A stretch of DNA of 64,000 bases, from assembly GCA_021817415.1 (NCBI GenBank), contig JAKAUZ010000013.1, positions 4,376 through 68,375 of the forward strand, read 5' to 3'. This DNA is from Thermoplasmata archaeon (lineage in GTDB: Archaea; Thermoplasmatota; Thermoplasmata; Thermoplasmatales; GCA-001856825). A program made the translations under genes and the position numbers. This document shows, one piece after another, positions 57,950 to 64,000 of this stretch. The notes under the pieces are model-generated. The model saw only the letters and a list, made by a program, of their open reading frames with translations, had not been told where the DNA came from and did not search any database. Within the stretch, counting starts at the first letter, position 1. Every line of letters starts with the position of its first letter.

Positions 57950-57981
57950 ATTGTGAAATGTTTCAGGCATGTTTTCACAAT
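57950..57981. repeat. Inverted repeat attgtgaaa-N14-tttcacaat downstream of the antiporter gene
   Basis: A 9-bp perfect inverted repeat read directly from the sequence. A second inverted repeat, gaattcat-N10-atgaattc, lies at 58000-58025. Confidence 0.5.
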
Positions 57982-58167
57982 CGATTTAATTTGGAATGTG
58001 AATTCATCCTCAAGGATATGAATTCTTAGCAGCCGTTTGTACTCTTAAGAATTATTTTAAAGAAAATCATGTTTCATCGTTTCAAAAGCCTTTTCTTGGT
58101 CTACTAGAAGTGACTCACCTGTATGGATAAGGAAAACTGATTTTAGCAAGTATTGATTAGAAAACTG

Positions 58168-58716
58168 ATGGATCAAAATACCTTTTTCAATAAGGACACA
58201 AGGATATTGGCAGTGGACGATGCTCCTTTTAAAAAGAAGGATTCCACAACAAAGATCGTTGGCATAATTATGAGGAGGGACCTATACATTGAGAGCTTAA
58301 CTGTGAAGAACATCCAGGTTGATGGAATGGATGTCACCGATAAGGTTTTGGAAATAATAAATGAAAGAGGAAAAGGAATCAGCGTGCTTCTGACCAAGGG
58401 ACTGACATTCGGCGGTTTCAACGTGCTTGATGTCAAAAGAGTGTTCCAGGAAACTATGATTTCATCGATCAATTTCATGGACCATAAACCTGATATGGAA
58501 GGAATTAGAAATGCATTGTTGAATCATTTCGGCGACTGGGAAAAGAGATACAATTTACTTTCAGGAGATTTTGTTGAAATGAACGGAATGTATGTTCAAT
58601 CCCTGGGAATTACCACCCAGACTGCAATCAAATTCCTTAACTCTATCACACTAAACGGGAAAACACCTGAGCCACTGAGGCTTGCAGACATGATAGCGGC
58701 AGTAGTTCAGGCTTAA
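58168..58716 (+). CDS. DUF99 (UPF0215) family protein
   Basis: ILAVDDAPF...IVGIIMRRDLYIESL...VDGMDVTD pattern. ATG at 58168. Confidence 0.65.
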   Translation: MDQNTFFNKDTRILAVDDAPFKKKDSTTKIVGIIMRRDLYIESLTVKNIQVDGMDVTDKVLEIINERGKGISVLLTKGLTFGGFNVLDVKRVFQETMISSINFMDHKPDMEGIRNALLNHFGDWEKRYNLLSGDFVEMNGMYVQSLGITTQTAIKFLNSITLNGKTPEPLRLADMIAAVVQA

Positions 58717-59273
58717 ACGGAATCAAGCATTGCAAGTCTGATATCCTTTCTTTTCCTTTCCAGATATTTATAAACGGTACCGTGCTGGTTTCCTCTCAGG
58801 ATCATCATAACGCTTTCCCTTGCAATCTCCATCTGGACGTAGTCGCCAATTATTGAAACAGTATTCCCATATATGGAAATATATGCTTCAGATAACTCCT
58901 CAATCAATTTTCTAGTCTTACCCTTTGTGCCTATTAATCTTGCTCGCACTGTTTTGACTCGCTTTGAATTCTTAGCAGTATAATCCTTCAGGTCAAGTAT
59001 TTCCAAGTAAACACCAGTATCAAATATTCGAAAAGCCTTCTCGGCAGAAAACCCCCTTCCTATTGCCCTAACGACATCCCTCGCCCTTAGTGGAATCTCA
59101 TAGTCTCTTGAACTGGATTCATCAATAGTGACATCTCCAGTTACAGAGTCAATTTCGACCTTCACTCCCGAAATTTTTTCAATTTGGGATTTAATTTCGC
59201 CGTTCTTTCCAATCAAAACGCCGATCCTGTCCTGAGGTATTCTAACGGTAATCATCTGATTCTCCCACCGCAT
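58713..59273 (-). CDS. KH-domain RNA-binding protein (archaeal Dim2/Pno1-like)
   Basis: Two KH motifs (IGVLIGKNGEIKSQIE and LIGTKGKTRKLIE). Its position after rio1 is conserved. Confidence 0.75.
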   Translation of the reverse strand: MRWENQMITVRIPQDRIGVLIGKNGEIKSQIEKISGVKVEIDSVTGDVTIDESSSRDYEIPLRARDVVRAIGRGFSAEKAFRIFDTGVYLEILDLKDYTAKNSKRVKTVRARLIGTKGKTRKLIEELSEAYISIYGNTVSIIGDYVQMEIARESVMMILRGNQHGTVYKYLERKRKDIRLAMLDSV

Positions 59274-59991
59274 ACTTTAATGCTTTCTGTTCTGCAATAG
59301 CGAACCCAAATTTATTAAAGAATTTTACCATATTCCCGACATCCCTCTTGAGAAGGACAATTGCCGCTGAGTCCTTGATATCAACAGCTTGGGCAATATC
59401 TATCATATATGGTTTTTTCCTGAAAATGAGATAATTGTATTCGCTCAGGTCCCCATGAACTATTTCTCCTATTGTGTAGAGTTTCCTGATGCCCGCGAGA
59501 GATGCATTCACAATGTCTTCATCGACCCCATAATCTTTCATTGTAGGAGCAGGTTTCGACCTGGTCCCAATATATGTCATCAAAAGCACATTCCCGATAA
59601 CTTTAATTGGTCTTGGGGCTCCCGCGCCGGCCCTGTGAGCCAACCCCAAATTTCTGTACTCTCTGTATGCCCATTGAGAAATGAATTTTTTTTTGTTTCT
59701 CGAATTCTCGATTCCCCATCTATCTCCTGCGTATCTCTCTATATTCTTGAATGTTGTCGCCACAGTCTTGTACACCTTGACTGCATAGAATTTCCTGGAA
59801 TCAGATGCTGCAAACACGATGCTTTCCTTACCAGAAGAAATAGGGAATTCAAATCTTTCAATGTACTTGCCAGAAAACAGCCTATATATATTCAGAAGGG
59901 TAAACTTATCAAAAACATAACCAAAAACCTTTTCAGTTTCTTTGAGTCTCTCCTCATTTTTTATTCTTGTATCATCATTTGAATACATCAA
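59242..59991 (-). CDS. rio1: RIO-type serine/threonine protein kinase
   Basis: ISSGKESIVFAA, VKVYK, HGDLSEYN and IDIAQAV motifs. Confidence 0.88.
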   Translation of the reverse strand: MMYSNDDTRIKNEERLKETEKVFGYVFDKFTLLNIYRLFSGKYIERFEFPISSGKESIVFAASDSRKFYAVKVYKTVATTFKNIERYAGDRWGIENSRNKKKFISQWAYREYRNLGLAHRAGAGAPRPIKVIGNVLLMTYIGTRSKPAPTMKDYGVDEDIVNASLAGIRKLYTIGEIVHGDLSEYNYLIFRKKPYMIDIAQAVDIKDSAAIVLLKRDVGNMVKFFNKFGFAIAEQKALKYAVGESDDYR

Positions 59992-60301
59992 GAATCTCCG
60001 GAAGTATCTTGTTTCTTGAAAGATAAGCAGCCTGTGTTTTAGTATACCTGAAAGTCACGTCCGCCCTCTCATCCTGGAAACTCCATGGTTTTGCAATGAC
60101 TAGATCACCTTCTCTCATCCACATTCTTTTCCTGATTTTCCCGGGAATCCTTCCCGTCCTAGTCTTGCCATCCGCACACATTACAACTAGCCTTGAACTA
60201 CCGAGTAATTTCTCTACAATTCCGAACATCTCGCCCTTATTGGAATTTGGTAAAATAACTCTTGAAATTTCTTCTAGGTTCTCATTCTTATCATTTGTCA
60301 T
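59975..60301 (-). CDS. eif1A: Translation initiation factor 1A
   Basis: S1-like OB core GEMFGIVEKLLGSSRLVVMCADGKTRTGRIPGKIRKRMWMREGDLV. Confidence 0.92.
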   Translation of the reverse strand: MTNDKNENLEEISRVILPNSNKGEMFGIVEKLLGSSRLVVMCADGKTRTGRIPGKIRKRMWMREGDLVIAKPWSFQDERADVTFRYTKTQAAYLSRNKILPEILDVFK

Positions 60302-60345
60302 TCTTATCTATATAAAAGGAATTTATAAAAATTTAACTTAAAATT

Positions 60346-60777
60346 CTATTTGCGCATTGCTACTGAAATCGCTCCAACTGGGCAAGCAGTAACACACGCA
60401 TTGCAGAATATGCAATCAGCTTCCCTTATCGGATCTGCCTTGTCTGTTCTGTACTTCTTCCACTCGTCTGAACCTTCGGCCAAGACTTTATCATTTCCAG
60501 AACCTTTATTACCCGGGTTGAGAAACCATTCATAAACATTTACAGGACAAACATCCATGCAAGCTCCATCAGCCGTGCACGTTTCCCAATCCACAGCAAC
60601 ATTAACTCCATGGATACCGAGCGTGGTTGGATATGGTTTTCCGTCCTTATCCATCCTCTGCTTGCCTTCAGCCCTTACCTCGTGTCCGACGTGTGAACCT
60701 GTAACTGGATATTCATCTGGCTTATCAAAGAAGTTATCATCTATTGGTTTCGAATTATAATCAACCTTTCGGGTCAT
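60346..60777 (-). CDS. Zinc-containing 7Fe ferredoxin, copy 2 (paralogue of 49415..49843)
   Basis: Same architecture as copy 1 (TGSHVGHEV, IHGV, CTADGACMDVCP, CIFCNACVTACP). About 65% identical to copy 1 by eye. Confidence 0.85.
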   Translation of the reverse strand: MTRKVDYNSKPIDDNFFDKPDEYPVTGSHVGHEVRAEGKQRMDKDGKPYPTTLGIHGVNVAVDWETCTADGACMDVCPVNVYEWFLNPGNKGSGNDKVLAEGSDEWKKYRTDKADPIREADCIFCNACVTACPVGAISVAMRK

Positions 60778-60901
60778 AATAGGGAACTACTACTTTATTA
60801 ATAAATCTAACGTTTATTGTAAGTCGCAGCCTATAGACCCGACGGGGTCGCTAGAATAAACTTGGAGGTGAACATTTTTATTAAATACTATTTTGCGATT
60901 G

Positions 60902-62464
60902 ATGTGGAGAATGAATCAAACTCTGTCCATCTTCCTTAATGAAGCACTCAAGAACGCAGGAGGAAAAGAGGATATTGAGAGAATAAGGATGGATGTTACA
61001 AGGAAATTCAAGCTTCCAAAGGTTATCAGTAATACAGACATGGTTCATTTACTGGATTCTGAGAACAAGGAAAGGTATGAAAAATTATTGATTAGGAAAC
61101 CAACCAGAACTATTTCAGGGGTCTCGGTTGTTGCCATAATGACCTCTCCTTTTTCGTGCCCCCACGGGAGATGCACATACTGTCCTGGAGGGGTAGAGTT
61201 CTCCTCCCCCCAATCTTACACAGGACTTGAACCTGCCGCAATGAGGGGGAGACAGAATAATTATGATCCTTTCTTGCAGACTAGAAACAGGATAGATCAA
61301 CTCAACAGAATAGGTCATCCTACTGATAAGATAGACCTGATAGTAATGGGGGGAACATTCACTTCAAGACCAGACTCATACCAGATGGATTTCGTTAAGG
61401 GGTCACTGGATGCAATGAACGGATTTGTTGCTAAAAGCCTGGAAGAAGCAATCATGACGAACGAAACATCTAACAATAGGTGCATTGGTCTCACGGTAGA
61501 AACTAGGCCCGACTGGTTTTACGAGAAGGAGATAGACCTTTCCTTAAGGTATGGCACAACCAAGGTCGAACTGGGGGTTCAGACTGCATTCAACGATATA
61601 CACAGAGATACAAAGAGAGCCCACAGAATAAGCGACGTAATACGTTCCACAACCATGGCCAGGGATTCAGGCCTTAAAATACTATACCACCTGATGCCAG
61701 GAATTGGTGGGGTCGATCCCGAAGGTGACATATCCACCGTCAAGAGGATCTTCAGGGATGAGAACCTGAGACCAGATATGTTAAAAATATATCCTGCGCT
61801 GGTCGTTGGGGGGACTAAATATTACGACGATTACATAACAGGAAAGTATAGGTCATATGAGAGCGACGAGGCAGTTGAGCTTATAGCCAGTATTTTCAGG
61901 TACATTCCTAACTATGTGAGGATACATAGGATACAAAGGGACATTCCGGTGTACAAGATTACACAGGGAGTAAAGAGGAGCGACATTCACAATCTTGCAA
62001 TCAAAAGGGCAGAAGAATTAGGATTCAGGATTGATGAAATCAGATACAGGGAAATTGGACGGACTCACGGACCCACGGGTAGAATTGACCTTAGAACAAC
62101 TACCTATTTTGCATCCGGCGGGATTGAACGCTTCTTGGAATATGTGGATGAGGAAAATAGAATCATCGCATTTCTCAGACTCAGATTCCCTGGGCAAAAT
62201 CAGTTCAGGCACGAATCGTTCAACAAAAGTATGATAAGAGAAATAAAAACATTTGGAAAGGAAGCCAAGATAAGCCAGGGGGGAGAGTACCAGCATCAGG
62301 GGTATGGAAGGAAACTTCTGAAAGAGGCTGAGAGACTTTCCAGGGAAGAGGGGTACGAAGAAATCCAGGTAATATCGGGAATTGGAGTCAGGGAGTATTT
62401 CAGAAAGAATGGATACGAAAGGAATGGACCTTATATGAAAAAGAGTTTGAAAATGGACGTTTAA
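60902..62464 (+). CDS. elp3: Elp3-type radical SAM / GNAT tRNA wobble-uridine modification enzyme
   Basis: Radical SAM CPHGRCTYCPGG motif and a C-terminal GNAT region (HQGYGRKLLKEAE). The start is ATG at 60902 or 60911; the tracker TTG is at 60893. Confidence 0.9.
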   Translation: MWRMNQTLSIFLNEALKNAGGKEDIERIRMDVTRKFKLPKVISNTDMVHLLDSENKERYEKLLIRKPTRTISGVSVVAIMTSPFSCPHGRCTYCPGGVEFSSPQSYTGLEPAAMRGRQNNYDPFLQTRNRIDQLNRIGHPTDKIDLIVMGGTFTSRPDSYQMDFVKGSLDAMNGFVAKSLEEAIMTNETSNNRCIGLTVETRPDWFYEKEIDLSLRYGTTKVELGVQTAFNDIHRDTKRAHRISDVIRSTTMARDSGLKILYHLMPGIGGVDPEGDISTVKRIFRDENLRPDMLKIYPALVVGGTKYYDDYITGKYRSYESDEAVELIASIFRYIPNYVRIHRIQRDIPVYKITQGVKRSDIHNLAIKRAEELGFRIDEIRYREIGRTHGPTGRIDLRTTTYFASGGIERFLEYVDEENRIIAFLRLRFPGQNQFRHESFNKSMIREIKTFGKEAKISQGGEYQHQGYGRKLLKEAERLSREEGYEEIQVISGIGVREYFRKNGYERNGPYMKKSLKMDV

Positions 62465-62539
62465 TTTAGTGGAGGTCAGATGCAGAGGAATGGGTCACAG
62501 CAGAATTGAATAATTGTTTCTTTCTTGACAAAGATAAAA

Positions 62540-62599
62540 GGGGAGTTGGCTTTTGCGAAGCAGTAAACGTGAGTTATACTACGAGCAGGATAACTCCCC
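62540..62599. other. 60-nt GC-clamped structured element in the elp3 3' intergenic region
   Basis: An 8-bp perfect stem ggggagtt/aactcccc encloses a small hairpin gctt-ttgcg-aagc. Confidence 0.25.
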
Positions 62600-62747
62600 A
62601 GATATCCAATTTTCTTCTCAGCCTGCAATCGCACTCATAAGAATGACACAATTGACTCCATGTAAATATAAATTTCCTCTTTTAATTCCTCCAGTATCTC
62701 GCTAAGAGTACATCAGCAATTTAAATAGTCTAAATCAATAGATACTT

Positions 62748-63002
62748 ATGAGTTTCCCCCTTGTTTTGGGAGTATTGATATTGGCCATAGCACTATTGTT
62801 TCTGGTAGTATCAATTCTGATGATTTTTAGAAAGTATACAATTAAAGGTGCAATTCTTGCCGTTTTTTTCCTGATAATGTCGATAAAGTATCTCTTCTTC
62901 ATCTACTATGAAATTGAGGGGATCCCGATAAACATCTACGTGATTATTCTACCAGATTTCGTCATAATACTATCTTTGCTGGTGCTGACAATCACAAGGT
63001 GA
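62748..63002 (+). CDS. Small hydrophobic membrane protein (84 aa)
   Basis: Three hydrophobic segments. It lies 7 nt upstream of the wHTH regulator gene. Confidence 0.4.
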   Translation: MSFPLVLGVLILAIALLFLVVSILMIFRKYTIKGAILAVFFLIMSIKYLFFIYYEIEGIPINIYVIILPDFVIILSLLVLTITR

Positions 63003-63009
63003 CCCTTTC

Positions 63010-63513
63010 TTGCAAACTATCCGGCGAGATGATATATCTAATTTTATCAAAGCCAATCCCGGTTACTATTTCAGGGAATTGCAGAGGTCTTTAAAGCTTC
63101 CTACAGGCGTCTTGCAATATCATCTCAACAATTTGATAAAGGATGGTGATGTAGTTGCAAAGGAACTGAATGGCAAGACCTGTTACTTTCCCAGTCGCTC
63201 ATTCACTTCCACCCAATTCATCATTTTCAGTCATCTGAGAGACAGAGTAAGAAATAAAATCCTCAGATCACTCTTGTCGGGGGAATCAAGAGCTCCTTCT
63301 GAAATCATCAAGGACCTAAGGATAAGTCCGCCTACACTGAGTTATCATCTTTCGTTGCTAGTTCGTGACGGCCTGCTGGAAAGAATTCAAATCGAGAAAG
63401 GGATAGGTTATCGTATAAAGGACCTTGAATTATTCAAGGGTATTATCATTGAATATAAGGAATCGTTTCTCGACAAGCTTATCCAGGACTTCATTACCGT
63501 CTGGACCAGATAG
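63010..63513 (+). CDS. Double winged-helix (ArsR/TrmB-like) transcriptional regulator
   Basis: Two wHTH-like segments (FRELQRSLKLPTGVLQYHLNNLIKDG and PSEIIKDLRISPPTLSYHLSLLVRDG). TTG start. Confidence 0.55.
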   Translation: MQTIRRDDISNFIKANPGYYFRELQRSLKLPTGVLQYHLNNLIKDGDVVAKELNGKTCYFPSRSFTSTQFIIFSHLRDRVRNKILRSLLSGESRAPSEIIKDLRISPPTLSYHLSLLVRDGLLERIQIEKGIGYRIKDLELFKGIIIEYKESFLDKLIQDFITVWTR

Positions 63514-63515
63514 AT

Positions 63516-64000
63516 TCACTTTCTCCTGTATACAAAATATATTACCAGGAAAAGGCTGAGGAAGACCGCACCACCTAGTACTACAGAGACAATATTTCCC
63601 ATTATTGCATTGTAAAGACCCGCGAAGGGGCCAGAAATATTCGAAGTCGCAGACAGGTATTGAGAAATGCCTGAAGATGCTGAAAGCACCGATGGCACGT
63701 TCAGCATAAACTTTCCGTCGTTGATTGGTATAGACATTTTTACCGCTATAAACGTTCCTGCTCTTGAGAGCCATAAATGGACTTCCTTGAGCTCATTATT
63801 CACTTTCACAAACCCTGGAAGGTAAATATTGTAATGTGAACTCGTAGAATTAATTGAAATATTGTATAGGCCTGCGCCACTCAGCTCCATAAATTGATTT
63901 AGTGCAAATCCATTTGTGCTGATATTTCCGGTCCAGAGGATTGCAAAGTTAATAGTTAAATATTTAAAGGGAGTATTTCCTACTACCAGTAAGTTTGAAC
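63516..64000 (-). CDS. C-terminally membrane-anchored surface (glyco)protein, 5' end beyond the window
   Basis: The frame stays open to nt 64000. The C-terminal TM helix plus basic tail is GGAVFLSLFLVIYFVYRRK. Several N-x-S/T sequons are present. Confidence 0.5.
   Translation of the reverse strand, partial: SNLLVVGNTPFKYLTINFAILWTGNISTNGFALNQFMELSGAGLYNISINSTSSHYNIYLPGFVKVNNELKEVHLWLSRAGTFIAVKMSIPINDGKFMLNVPSVLSASSGISQYLSATSNISGPFAGLYNAIMGNIVSVVLGGAVFLSLFLVIYFVYRRK

Noticed and set aside
60864-60901. A further non-canonical start for elp3, suggested by ggaggtg at 60864-60870
   Set aside because: TTG at 60893 and ATG at 60902 and 60911 are available in frame, and no conserved motif lies upstream of them. 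The SD-like string is probably coincidental or serves a long spacer.

Overview
Gene-dense archaeal chromosomal window of roughly 40% GC. It looks like a Thermoplasmata-type, cell-wall-less and probably acidophilic euryarchaeon. Supporting evidence: a lone 16S rRNA gene with no linked 23S/5S, Zn-type 7Fe ferredoxins, a P3-type H+-ATPase, surface domains dense in N-glycosylation sequons, and the conserved archaeal operons rpl44e-rps27e-eif2a-nop10-PAC2 and eif1A-rio1-KH. Housekeeping genes present are thermosome, trxB, pgk, pfdA, ftsY, ileS, asnS, pyrF, tatAC, gap, radA, PolD small subunit, elp3, tRNA-Pro(CGG) and the 16S rRNA. The most unusual region is 32.5-49.8 kb, where two tightly packed, divergently transcribed redox operons share a 452-bp AT-rich control region. 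On the minus strand: a sulfocyanin-like cupredoxin, Rieske protein, cytochrome b, and two uncharacterised polytopic membrane proteins, one ending in a NapH/CcoG-like 2x[4Fe-4S] domain. On the plus strand: a four-subunit 2-oxoacid:ferredoxin oxidoreductase translationally coupled to a 1130-aa double-HdrA/MvhD (QmoAB-like) fusion, an HdrD-like CCG protein and EtfAB. Other notable points: (1) three conserved genes (HdrA-like, HdrD-like, NMD3) have essential N-terminal motifs upstream of any ATG/GTG/TTG, which implies CTG / ATA or ATC / ACG initiation or sequence errors. (2) The 16S rRNA carries compensated changes in normally invariant positions, including the decoding-centre pair 1404:1497. (3) A solitary Cas4-like nuclease is split by a 1-nt homopolymer frameshift and carries an internal hydrophobic hairpin. 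(4) An AcnX small subunit is fused to a Nudix domain. (5) A 692-aa orphan zinc-ribbon protein contains an IleRS C-terminal-like module. No CRISPR array, transposase or integrase was found. All functional calls come from reading motifs in the translations; no database search was possible.
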